Positions 52,913-63,640 of a stretch of DNA of 64,000 nt are shown here, piece by piece (position 1 is the stretch's first letter; each line of letters starts with the position of its first letter). The notes beneath the pieces are model-generated. The model searched no databases, was not told the origin of the DNA, and saw only the letters and a program-made list of their open reading frames with translations. Position numbers and translations under genes: made by a program. The stretch lies in assembly GCA_035221665.1 (NCBI GenBank), contig JAVHYY010000181.1, positions 1-64,000 of the forward strand. The letters run 5' to 3'. Source of the stretch: Okamejei kenojei (Eukaryota).

Positions 52913-54056
52913 TGGTGCCCTGTCGATAACTCATCAGCTGCGAAACCAGAATATTTCTTCAGACGTTAACTCTGGATAACCCAGGTGAGAAAAGAATTCA
53001 AATCACCGGAGTGACCTTCATACTTGTATGCGGGTGGGAGGGGGCCCTTGTCATCTACTACACGATTTGGCTGTCTAGCACAACCCCGACCGGCATCAGT
53101 TTGTGCTTCCCGTCATCTCTCTGTGTTCACGAACCGACTTTCCCCCCCTTTACCGAAATCCGGGGGCGGGAAAAAGTAACATTCGCGAATTAAAACCCGG
53201 TAGTTGAAATCAGTGTAAATTACAATTACGTTCATATTCTCGAAATCTCAATCTCAACCACCCCAGTAGAGTGGTCACTCTGCCATTCAAACATGGCTAA
53301 TCTATCGCTCCCTCCCAACTCCATTCTCCTGCCTTCTCCCAATAACCCATGACACACTTACAAAAAAATATAATCTGCTTTTCTGTCCCTGCCCCTCTAA
53401 AAATATTCATTGACTTGGCCTCCACCGGGCGGTCCCGTGGCAATGAATTCCACATTCACCGCGCTCTGACTTGACGTAAAATCCACCCCTCTCACTTTTC
53501 TAAATGAAAGTTCTTTAATTATGAGGCTATTATAACCGGTCTGGGAGCGATGTTTCGGCACGAAAAACGTTTTGCCTATTTCCTTCGCTCCCGTTAGATC
53601 TGCTGCTGCACCATAGAAACATAGAAAATAGGTGCAGGAGGAGGCCATTCGGCACTTCGAGCCAGCACCGCCATTCATTGTGATCATGGCTGATCGTCCC
53701 ACTTTTCAATAACCCGTGCCTGCCTCGTCTCCTCTTATCCTTGAGACTCCACCAGCCCCTAGAGCTCTATCTAACCTATTAAATCCATGTCCAGTGACCT
53801 GGCGCCGTCCACTGACGTCTGCGGCATGGAATTCCATAAATTCACAACTCTGGGTGAAAACGTGTTTTCTCTCACCTCAGTCTAAAATGACCTCCCCTTT
53901 ATTCTAAGACTGTGGCCCCTGGTTCTGGACTCGCCCAACATTGGGAACATTATTCCTGCATCTCTGAGTTTCTCCAGCACTTTTGTCTACCTGTGATATC
54001 CGGTGCTAGACCCTCGACGCGCCCTCTAGTGGGCGCTCGCTGCAACGACTAGAGCC

Positions 54057-54095
54057 GGTTTTTGTCGGGATCCGCCGTCTCCCTGCAACAGTGTG
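54057..54095 (-). other. 23-RSS
   Basis: CACACTG-23bp-ACAAAAACC. Confidence 0.92.
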
Positions 54096-55493
54096 GGTGG
54101 GGGTTCATGGCACAGAGATACACGGCGGAGTCGGACACCAGAGCCCCGGAGACAGTTAAATAAGACAACTTCTTGTCACTCTGTAAATCACCGGTAAACC
54201 TCAGCGGGCATTCTGAGGAACGTTCCACCGCTGCTCTGTAAAGTATCCTCAGCAAGTATTCAGGAGATTGCCCGCGATGCTGAATATACCAAAATATGTA
54301 TAGGAGGTTGCGCCTGTGTAAGTACAGTTCAGTGTTGTGGTCTGTCCTTCATGTACGGTTGATTCAGGAGGGTCCTGCGTCACTGAACCCTGCCCATTAA
54401 CTGAGGGGAGACCTGACAGAAGTAAATTTACAATTATGAGAAACATAGATAGGGCAGGACACTCAGATCCCTTTCCACGGGGGAAAAATGTCAGCGACAT
54501 TAAAGTGAAGGGGAATAAATGTAATGTGAATCTGACGGGTAAAATCCTTTTCACACAAAGTGTGGTGGGTGTATATAACGAGCTGCCAGAGGAGGTAGTT
54601 GAGGCAGGACAATCCCAACGATTAAGAGACAATGACACAGGGACATGGATATGAAATGATGTTTAGAGGGATGTGGGCCAGACTCGGGCGGTGGGGACTA
54701 GTGTAGCTGGGGCAGGTTTGTCGGTGTGGGCAGGTTTGCAGAAGGGCCTGGTTTTCTACGCTGTGTGACTCCAGGACTCTATGACTAAATCAAAAGAGTA
54801 CACAGTTTCATGGTCAAAGAGGAATATTTTAAAGGAGATTATGCGGGGGCATCACACATGTTGTGTTGGCACGGGCAAGCGCCCATACACCGCAACCAAT
54901 TTTTCCAATGTTCTAACATCCGACACAACCAGTTGGTTGCTGGGTGATGACGACCCCGGCCTTGGCACCAACCTTTCATGTTGTTGTTACTACCGAGGTT
55001 GCTGGTGAATGATGGGTCGATTTACAGCGAGGGGTCATGGTTAAAGCTACTCCGTCATTCAATCATGGCTCATCTATCTTTCCCTTCTTAACCAATTTCC
55101 TGCTTTCCCCCGAGAGCCCCTGACACAGTACTATTCACGAATCCAAATATCTACTGCCTTAAAAAACATCCCTTTAATTTGAATCCACAGGCTTCTGGGG
55201 CAATGAATTCCACAGACTCGCCACCTTGTGGAGTGCTGGGATATGGATAACATGCAGGGCGGAGGAGATTAGTTTAAACGGCACCATGTTCGGCAGGGAC
55301 ATTGTGGGCCGAAAAGGAGCCTGTTTCCTATACTCTTTTGTACGTTGCTCTATGTTCCTGCCCTAACGACCAGAATTATATGAATGGCCCAGGAGTTCGA
55401 GTCCGATCGGCTATGGAACACTCGCTCAACCAGTTAGCAACACTCACCTGTGACAAAGGCCAATAGAAGCGGAAATGCAGACAGGAATCACAT
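54096..55493 (-). pseudogene. Family-2B V pseudogene
   Basis: 2-nt insertion near 54298-54300 in the V exon; leader reads ATG TGA; RSS 54095-54057. Confidence 0.7.
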
Positions 55494-56262
55494 GGTGTCC
55501 CGTCTAACGTCAGCTGTGACTCCGAATATTTCTTGTCAGACGTTAACACTGGGATAACCAAGGTGGGAAAATGAATTCAATTCATTGGGGTAAACCTTCA
55601 ATTTATGCGGGTGGGACGGTCCCTGTCCTGCTACACGATTGGCTGGTCTATCACAACCCCGACCGGCGTCAGCTGCGTTACCGTCATCTCTCTGGTTCGC
55701 GAACCGACTTTCCCCATTTAACCGAAATCCGTCTGAAAAGTAACATTCGCGAAACTAAACCCGTTCATTATATCAGTTAATATTCCGTTCATGATTTCCC
55801 AAAATGTCTCTCTCAACCACCCCAGGGTATAGTTCACAAGTTCATAAGTTGAAAGGAGTTAGAATTAGGCCATTCGGTCCATTAAATCTACTCCGCCATT
55901 CTACCATGGCTGATGTATCGCTCCCTCCTCGCCCCATTTTCCTGCCGTCTCAAGAACCGAGAACCAAGAACTCCACGGGCGTTCGTGGCAATGAATTCCA
56001 CATATTCACCATCCTCTGCCGGAATAAATTTCTCCCCATCTCCTTTCTCAAGTGACGTTCTTTAATTCTGAGGCTGTGCCCTCTGTTTCACAGTGTCCTA
56101 GACTCTCCCACCAGTGGACACTGGTGAAGAGCGGACAGGGCCCCTCCACCCGCATAATTGAAGGTTACCCCGGTGAATTGAATTCATTTTCCCACCTTGG
56201 TTATCCAGTGTTAACGTCTGAAGAAATATTCTGAGTTCACAGCTGACGTTAGACGGGGCACC

Positions 56263-57509
56263 ATGTCAATCCTGTCTGCATTTCCGCTTCTATTGGCCTT
56301 TGTAACAGGTGAGTTGCTAACTGGTGAGCGAGTGTTCCATAGGTCGAGCGGACTCGACTCCTGGGCCATTCATTAATTCTGGTCGTTAGGGCAGGAACAC
56401 AGAGCAACGAACAAAAGAGTATAGGAACAGGCCCTTCGGCCCACAATGTCCCTGCCGAACATGGTGCCGTTAAACTAATCTCCTCCGCCTGCATGTGATC
56501 CATATCCCAGCACTCCACAAGGTGGCGAGTCTGTGGAATTCATTGCCCCAGAAGGCTGTGGATTCAAATTAAAGGGATGTTTTTTTAAGGCAGAGATATT
56601 TGGATTCTTGAATAGTACTGGTGTCAGGGGCTCTGGGGAGAAAGCAGGAGAATTGGGTTAAGAGGGAAAGATAGATGAGCCATGATTGAATGACGGAGTA
56701 GCTTTAACCATGACCCTCGCTGTAAATCGATCCAATCATCACCCAGCAACCTCGGTGTAAAACAACATGCCCCGCATATCTCCTTTAAAATATTCCTCTT
56801 TGACCATGAAACTGTGTACTCTTTTGATATAGTCATAGAGTCCTGGAGTCACACAGCGTAGAAACAGGCCCTTCTGCCAAACCTGCCCACACCGTCCAAC
56901 CTGCCCCAGCTACACCAGACCCACCCGCCCGAGTCTGGCCCATATCCCTCTAAACCTTCCATATCCATGTCCCTGTGTCATTGTCTCTTAAACGTTGGGA
57001 TTGTCCCTGCCTCAACTACCTCCTCTGGCAGCTCGTTATATACACCCACCACACTTTGTGTGAAAAGGTTACCCGTCAGATTCACATTACATTTATTCCC
57101 CTTCACTTTAATGTCGCTGACATTTTTCCCCGTGGAAAGGGATCTGAGTGTCTGCCCTATCTATGTTTCTCATAATTGTATTTACTTCTGTCAGGTCTCC
57201 CCTCAGTTAATGGGCAGGGTTCAGTGACGCAGGAACCTCCTGAATCAACCGTACATGAAGGACAGACCACAACACTGAACTGTACTTACAGCAGCGCAAC
57301 CTCCTATATATTTTGGTATATTCAGCATCGCGGGCAATCTCCTGAATACTTGCTGAGGATACTTTACAGAGCAGCGGTGGAACGTTCCTCAGAATGCCCG
57401 CTGAGGTTTACCGGTGATTTACAGAGTGACAAGAAGTTGTCTTATTTAACTGTCTCCGGGGCTCTGGTGTCCGACTCCGCCGTGTATCTCTGTGCCATGA
57501 ACCCCCACC
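56263..57509 (+). CDS. Intact family-2B TCR V gene segment, inverted relative to the array
   Basis: Leader 56263-56308 (MSILSAFPLLLAFVT-G), GT at 56309, AG at 57193-57194, V exon 57195-57509 open; heptamer CACACTG 57510-57516; rest of the RSS falls in an N gap. Confidence 0.85.
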
Positions 57510-58059
57510 CACACTGTNNNNNNNNNNNNNNNNNNNNNNNNNNNNNNNNNNNNNNNNNNNNNNNNNNNNNNNNNNNNNNNNNNNNNNNNNNNNNNNNNNN
57601 NNNNNNNNNNNNNNNNNNNNNNNNNNNNNNNNNNNNNNNNNNNNNNNNNNNNNNNNNNNNNNNNNNNNNNNNNNNNNNNNNNNNNTCACTTGTTTAACTC
57701 TCTCTCTGACAGTCTCCCGTTTAATTCGCATTCGCACCAGTTACTGGACAATCTGAACACTGGTTATTCATCGCCACTGTGGTTTACTGTTTTAGATTTA
57801 TTAATGTCACGTGTGCCGAGATACAGTGAAAGGCTTTGCTTTTAATGTTATTCTATCAAGTCATATAATACCACACATACCTACAATCAACCCAAACACA
57901 CATGCAATATAGAGTAAAGGGAAGAATACAGTGTGCAGAATATAGTTCTCAGCATTGTCGCGCATCAGGTCCATAGACAACCCCCAATGTCCGCAATGCG
58001 CCAGAGGTGAATCGGCCAATATGTAGAAACAAAGAACAGCAGATGCTGGTGTATGCCAC

Positions 58060-58247
58060 AGATAAACACAGAGCGCTGCAGAAACTCAGCGGGTCAGGCA
58101 GCATCCCTGGGGGGAAAAGGGATTGGTGACAGTTCGGGTCAGGACGCTCCAACAGTGTCTGGAGAAGGGTCGCGAACAGCAGGTCACCCATCCTTCTTCT
58201 CCAGCGATGCTACCGGACCCGCTCAGTTACAGCAGCATTTTGTCTCT
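58060..58247. repeat. Imperfect ~190-bp palindrome of two inverted Penelope-like repeat halves
   Basis: Left arm (…ctcagcgggtcaggcagcatc…ggtgac…) is the reverse complement of the right arm (…gtcaccc…gatgctaccggacccgctcag…); copies ~40481-40670 and ~50940-51130. Confidence 0.6.
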
Positions 58248-58724
58248 GTCTTTCAATCGGACAGTACCCCGGCTTATGGAAGGGTCGTTCGGAAGCCCGA
58301 TAACAGAGGGAAAGAAGCTGTTCCCGAGTTTGGTGACGCGCGCTTGCAAGCTTCGGTGCCTTTTACTGGACGGGAGCGGGGAGAAGAAGGAATGAACGGG
58401 GCTGCCGCAAGACATTGATAATGTCGATGTTTAACGGTGGGAGCGGGAAGAAGACGGAATTCCCTTCTCCACTCTTACAGAAATTATACTTTGTCAAGTC
58501 ATCTTTACTGATACATCTTATGCAAAGGTTTCTATACTTGTAATGTCACTGTACACCCCCCGTCTCACGCTGTTATACCCCAATGAGTTCAATATAACAG
58601 GGACATTTGATAATTGAGGTGAAATGCTTTGCCCGGCTCCTCCTCCTTCCCATTAGCACGAGTTAAATTCAACGACCATCCCTCCATCTTGGGTGAATAT
58701 AGTTGCAGAGTTTCCCGGCTCCAC

Positions 58725-58738
58725 GCGCCCTCTAGCGG
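58725..58738 (-). promoter_or_regulatory. Putative CTCF element, family 2A
   Basis: CCGCTAGAGGGCGC, 24 bp from the nonamer; also 41279 and 51615. Confidence 0.75.
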
Positions 58739-58762
58739 GCGCTCACCGCAACAGCCAGAGCC

Positions 58763-58801
58763 GGTTTTTGTCCGGATCCGCCGTCTCCCTGCAACGGCGT
58801 G
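58763..58801 (-). other. 23-RSS with divergent heptamer
   Basis: CACGCCG-23bp-ACAAAAACC. Confidence 0.88.
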
Positions 58802-59914
58802 GGGTTCATGGCACAGAGATACACGGCGGAGTCGGACACCAGGGCCCCGGAGAGAGTTAAATGAGACATCTTCTTGTCACTCTGCAAATCAGCGGTGAGC
58901 CTCCGCGGGCATTCTGGAGACCGTTCCACCTTTCCCGAGTAACCTATCTTCAGGCAGTATTCAGGAGATTGCCCGCGACGCTGAATATACCAAAATATAT
59001 ATGGACTTGAGCTGGTGTAAGTACAGTTCAGTGTTGTGGTCTGTCCTTCATGAACGGTTGATTCAGGAGGGTCCTGGGTCACTGAATCCTGCCCATTAAC
59101 TGAGGGGAGACCTGACATAAGTAAATACAATTATGAGCGACACGGATAGGGCAGACACTCAGATCACCTTACCCAGGGAGGAAATGACAAAAACATTCAG
59201 GTGAAGTGGAAAATAAGTAATAGGAACCTGAGGTGGTAGATTTTTCACGCAAAGCGTGGTGGGTGCATATAACCAGCTGCCAGAGGAGTTAGTTGTGGCA
59301 GCGACAATCCCAACGTTTAAGAAACAGTGAAACAGGGACAAGGATGTGATATGTTTAGAGGCATATGGACAGGTGGGACTCGCGTAGATGGGGCAGGTTG
59401 GTCGGTGTGGGCGGGTTGGGCAGAAGGGCTGTGTAACTCCATGACTCTATCACAGTTTCACAGTTTCAAGGTCAAAGAGGAATATTTTAAAGGAGATATG
59501 CGAGGCACGTTGTTTTAAAACGAGGGTGGTGGGTATCTGGAACACGCTGCCAGGGGTGGTGGTGGAGGCAGCGTCAACTGTCATAGTTTGGAAACCGACC
59601 GTTCGCCCAAACTGTGCACACCGATCAAAAAAATCCCATCTAATCTAGTCCCACTTGCCTGCATTTGGCCATATCCCACTAAACCGGTCCTATCCATGCA
59701 CCTGTCTAACGAAGATCGTGACATTTTGGATGGATACACGGGTATGTTGGGAGTGGAGGGGTATAGTTCACAGGAAGGGAAAGGAGACTTAAGACCAGAA
59801 TGACTGAACGGCCCAGGAGTCGAGTCCGCTCGACCCATGAGACACTCGCTCAACAATTAGCGACTCACCTGTGACAAAGGCCAATAGAAGCGGAAGTGAG
59901 GACAGGAAGCGCAT
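58802..59914 (-). CDS. Intact family-2A TCR V gene segment
   Basis: Leader 59914-59869 (MRFLSSLPLLLAFVT-G), 757-nt intron, V exon 59111-58802 open (…EYCLKIGYSGKVERSPECP…); RSS 58801-58763 with heptamer CACGCCG. Confidence 0.88.
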
Positions 59915-60054
59915 GGTGTCCCGTCTAACTTCAGCTGCGAAACCAGAATATTTCTTCAGACGTTAACACTGGATAACCAAGGTGAGAAAATGAATTCAAA
60001 TCACCGGAGTAACCTTCAATTTATGCGGGTGGGAGGGGCCCTGTCCTGCTACAC

Positions 60055-60071
60055 GATTGGCTGGTCTATCA
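60055..60071 (-). promoter_or_regulatory. V promoter GATA+CCAAT composite (family-2 representative)
   Basis: TGATAGACCAGCCAATC about 142 nt upstream of ATG 59914; also 62487-62503. Confidence 0.55.
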
Positions 60072-60619
60072 CAACCCCGACCGGCGTCAGCTGCGTTTCC
60101 CGTCATCTCTCTGGTTCGCGAACCGACTTTCCCCCTTTAACGAAATCCGTCTGAAAAGTAACATTCGCGAATTAAACCCGGTAAAATCAGTAAATTACAA
60201 TTACGTTCATATTCTCGTAATCTCAATCTCAACCACCCCAGTAGAGAGGTCACAAGTTCATGTGATGGGAATAGAATTAAGGCCATTCGGCCCATTAAAT
60301 CTACTCTGCCATTCAAACATGGCTAATCTATCGCTCCCTCCCAACTCCATTCTCCTGCCTTCTCCCAATAACCCATGACACACTTACAAAAAAATATAAT
60401 CTGCTTTTCTGTCCCTGCCCTAAAAATATTCATTGACTTGGCCTCCACGGGCGTTCGTGGCAATGAATTCCACATTCACCGCGCTCTGACTGACGTAATC
60501 CACCCCTCTCTCTTTTCTAAATGAAAGTTCTTTAATTATGAGGCTATTATAACCGGTCTGGGAGGTTTCGGCCCGAAACGTTGCCTATTTCCTTCGCTCC
60601 GTAGATGCTGCTGCACCCA

Positions 60620-60961
60620 AAGAAACATAGAAAATAGGTGCAGGAGGAGGCCATTCGGCACTTCGAGCCAGCACCGCCATTCATTGTGATCATGGCTGAT
60701 CGTCCCCTATCAATAACCCGTGCCTGCCTCCTCCTCTTATCCCTTGACTCCACCAGCCCCTAGAGCTCTATCCAACTCCCTATTAAATCCATCCAGTGCC
60801 CTGGCCTCCACTGCCCTCTGTGGCAGGGAATTCCATAAATTCACAACTCTGGGTGAAAACGTGTTTTCTCTCACCTAAGTCTTAAATGACCTCCCCTTTA
60901 TTCTAAGACCGTGGCACCTGGTTCTGGACTCGCCCAACATTGGGAACATATTTCCTGCATC
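60620..60961 (-). mobile_element. CR1 LINE 3' fragment, antisense, inserted into a Penelope-like repeat
   Basis: Reverse complement of the same CR1 3' end (tail AAACATAG); copies at ~43295-43645 and ~53612-53962. Confidence 0.7.
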
Positions 60962-61017
60962 TCTGAGTTTCTCCAGCACTTTTGTCTACCTGTGATATCC
61001 GGTGCTAGACTCTCGAC

Positions 61018-61031
61018 GCGCCCTCTAGTGG
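61018..61031 (-). promoter_or_regulatory. Putative CTCF element, family 2B
   Basis: CCACTAGAGGGCGC (full consensus match), 24 bp from the nonamer; also 54019. Confidence 0.8.
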
Positions 61032-61055
61032 GCGCTCGCTGCAACGACTAGAGCC

Positions 61056-61094
61056 GGTTTTTGTCCGGATCCGCCGTCTCCCTGCAACAGTGTG
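61056..61094 (-). other. 23-RSS
   Basis: CACACTG-23bp-ACAAAAACC. Confidence 0.94.
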
Positions 61095-62346
61095 GGTGGG
61101 GGTTCATGGCACAGAGATACACGGCGGAGTCGGACACCAGAGCCCCGGAGACAGTTAAATAAGACAACTTCTTGTCACTCTGTAAATCACCGGTAAACCT
61201 CAGCGGGCATTCTGAGGAACGTTCCACCGCTGCTCTGTAAAGTATCCTCAGCAAGTATTCAGGAGATTGCCCGCGATGCTGAATATACCAAAATATATAG
61301 GAGGTTGCGCTGCTGTAAGTACAGTTCAGTGTTGTGGTCTGTCCTTCATGTATGGTTGATTCAGGAGTTCCTGCGTCACTGAAACCCTGCCCCATTAACT
61401 GAGGGACCTGATAGAAGTAAATACAAATTATCAGAAACATAGATAGGCAGACACTCAGATCCCTTTCCACGGGAAAAATGTCAGCGACATAATGTGAAGG
61501 GGAATAAAATGTAATGTTAATCTGACGGTAACCTTATTCACACAAAGTGTGGTGGGTGTATAATAAACGAGCTGCTAGAGGAGGTAGTTGAGGCAGGGAC
61601 AATCCCAACGTTTAAGAGACAACGACACGGGACATGGATATGAAAGGATTAGAGGGATATGGGCAGACTCGGGCGGGTGGGACTAGTGTAGCTGGGGCAG
61701 GTTGGACGGTGGGGCAGGTTTGGCAGAAGGGCCTGTTTCTAAACGCTGTGTGACTCCAGGACTCAATGAATCAAAAGTATAATCCCCTACACAGTTCATG
61801 TCCAAAGAGGAATATTTAAAGGAGATATGCGGGGCATGTTGTTTCACACACCGAAGGTTAGCTGGTGATGATTGGATCGATTTACAGCGAGGGTCATGGT
61901 TTAAAGCTACTCCGTCATACATTCAATCATGGCTCGTCAATCTTCCCTTTAACCCAATTCTCCTGCTTTCTCCCCAGAGCCCCTGACACCAGTACTATTC
62001 AAGAATCCAAATATCTCTGCCTTAAAAAATATCCCTTTAATTTGAATCCACAGCCTTCTGGGGCAATGAATTCCACAGACTCGCCACCTTGTGGAGTGCT
62101 GGGATATGGATCACATGCAGGCGGAGGAGATTAGTTTAACGGCACCATGTTCGGCAGGGACATTGTGGGCCGAAGGGCCTGTTCCTATACTCTTTTGTTC
62201 GTTGCTCTATGTTCCTGCCCTAACGACCAGAATTAATGAATGGCCCAGGAGTCGAGTCCGCTCGACCTATGGAACACTCGCTCACCAGTTAGCAACTCAC
62301 CTGTTACAAAGGCCAATAGAAGCGGAAATGCAGACAGGATTGACAT
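61095..62346 (-). pseudogene. Family-2B V copy with small indels at the exon 5' end (possibly sequencing error)
   Basis: Leader 62346-62301 intact; V exon 313 nt vs 315; RSS 61094-61056 intact. Confidence 0.55.
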
Positions 62347-63046
62347 GGTGCCCCGTCTAACGTCAGCTGTGAACTCAGAATATTTCTTCAGACGTTAACA
62401 CTGGATAACCAAGGTGGGAAAATGAATTCAATTCACCGGGGTAACCTTCAATTTATGCGGGTGGGAGTGGCCCTGTCCTGCTACACGATTGGCTGGTCTA
62501 TCACAACCCCGACCGGCATCAGCTGCGTTTCCCGTCATCTCTCTGGTTCGCGAACCGACTTTCCCCCTTTACCGAAATCCGTCTGAAAAGTAACATTCGC
62601 GAACTAAACCCGTTCATTACATCAGTTAAAATTCCGTTCATATTTCCGAAATGTCTCCCTCAACCACCCCAGTGGATAGTTCACAAGTTCATAAGTGATA
62701 GGAGTAGAATTAGGCCATTCGGTCCATTAAATCTACTCCGCCATTCTACCATGGCTGATGTATCGCTCCCTCCTCGCCCCATTTTCCTGCCGTCTCAAGA
62801 ACCGAGAACCAAGAACTCCACGGGCGTTCGTGGCAATGAATTCCACATATTCACCATCCTCTGCCGGAATAAATTTCTCCCCATCTCCTTTCTCAAGTGA
62901 CGTTCTTTAATTCTGAGGCTGTGCCCTCTGTTTCACAGTGTCCTAGACTCTCCCACCAGTGGACACTGGTGAAGAGCGGGCATTGACCGGATGGGCCGGA
63001 CAGCCCCGGATTGTGTCATTTTTCCTTCCGTTTGTCCGGGCTCGAC

Positions 63047-63060
63047 GCGCCCTCTAGTGA
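63047..63060 (-). promoter_or_regulatory. Putative CTCF element, family 2C
   Basis: TCACTAGAGGGCGC, 24 bp from the nonamer. Confidence 0.7.
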
Positions 63061-63084
63061 GCGCTCGCTGCAACAGCCAGAGCC

Positions 63085-63123
63085 GGTTTTTGTCCGGATC
63101 CGCCGTCTCCCTGCAACAGTGTG
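63085..63123 (-). other. 23-RSS
   Basis: CACACTG-23bp-ACAAAAACC. Confidence 0.95.
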
Positions 63124-63433
63124 GGGTTCGTGGCGCACAGATACACGGCGGAGTCGGACACCAGAGCCCCGGAGAGAGTTAAATGAGACATCTTCTTGTC
63201 ACGCTGCAAATCAACGTCAAACCTCAGCGGGCATTCTGGAGACCGTTCCACCGTTCCTGTGTAAAGTATCCTCAGCAAGTATTCAGGAGATTGCCCGCGA
63301 TGCTGAATATACCAAAATATATATGTAATAGAACCGCTGTAAGTACAGTTCAGTGTTGTGGTCTGTCCTTCTTCAGCCGTTGATTCAGGAGGGTCCTGGG
63401 TCACTGTATTCTGCCCCTTTGTTGAGCGGAGAC
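63124..63433 (-). CDS. Family-2C TCR V exon (leader expected beyond window end)
   Basis: Open V exon (G)LRSTKGQNTVTQDPP…YLCATN after acceptor tatcag; RSS 63123-63085. Confidence 0.85.
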
Positions 63434-63640
63434 CTGATAGAAGTAAATACAATGATGAGAGACATAGAGAGGGCAGACAGTCAGATCCCTTTCCCCGGGG
63501 GTGGAAATGTCAAAGACTAGAGGGCATAGATATAATGTCAGAGAGGAATATTTTAAAGGATATAAGCGAGGCACGTTATATTACGCAGAGAGTGGTGGAT
63601 GTCTGGACATTGCTGGTGGAGGCAGATACTGTAGATTCAG
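63422..63640 (+). mobile_element. CR1 LINE fragment overlapping the V-exon 5' end and intron of family 2
   Basis: Plus frame from 63422 reads LSGDLIEVNTMMRDIERADSQIPFPG, homologous to RGDLIETYKI of the family-1 CR1; equivalents in all family-2 introns (e.g. from 59100, 54401, 51990). Confidence 0.8.

Larger units (their letters stand above)
7595..57685. other. Assembly gaps (N runs)
   Basis: 7595-7743, 17608-17753, 34403-34720, 38190-38477, 47578-47782, 50190-50364, 57518-57685. Confidence 1.
1720..63433 (-). other. Germline TCR alpha/delta-like V gene array (about 22 copies, no D/J/C in window)
   Basis: Repeated Ig V-set exons (QDSV.Q...NCTY...WYIQ...DSAVYLCA), each preceded by a 46-nt leader exon and followed by heptamer-23bp-nonamer (CACACTG...ACAAAAACC). 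The DSVTQ/NCTY/YxCAxxP pattern resembles TRAV/TRDV. Confidence 0.9.

Noticed and set aside
1720-63433. IgH/IgL cluster, NAR-TCR or pre-joined genes
   Set aside because: No D, J (FGxG/WGxG with RSS) or C exons seen; each V has its own leader and no CDR1 cysteine, unlike NAR-TCR supporting V-delta segments. Alpha versus delta cannot be settled from this window.
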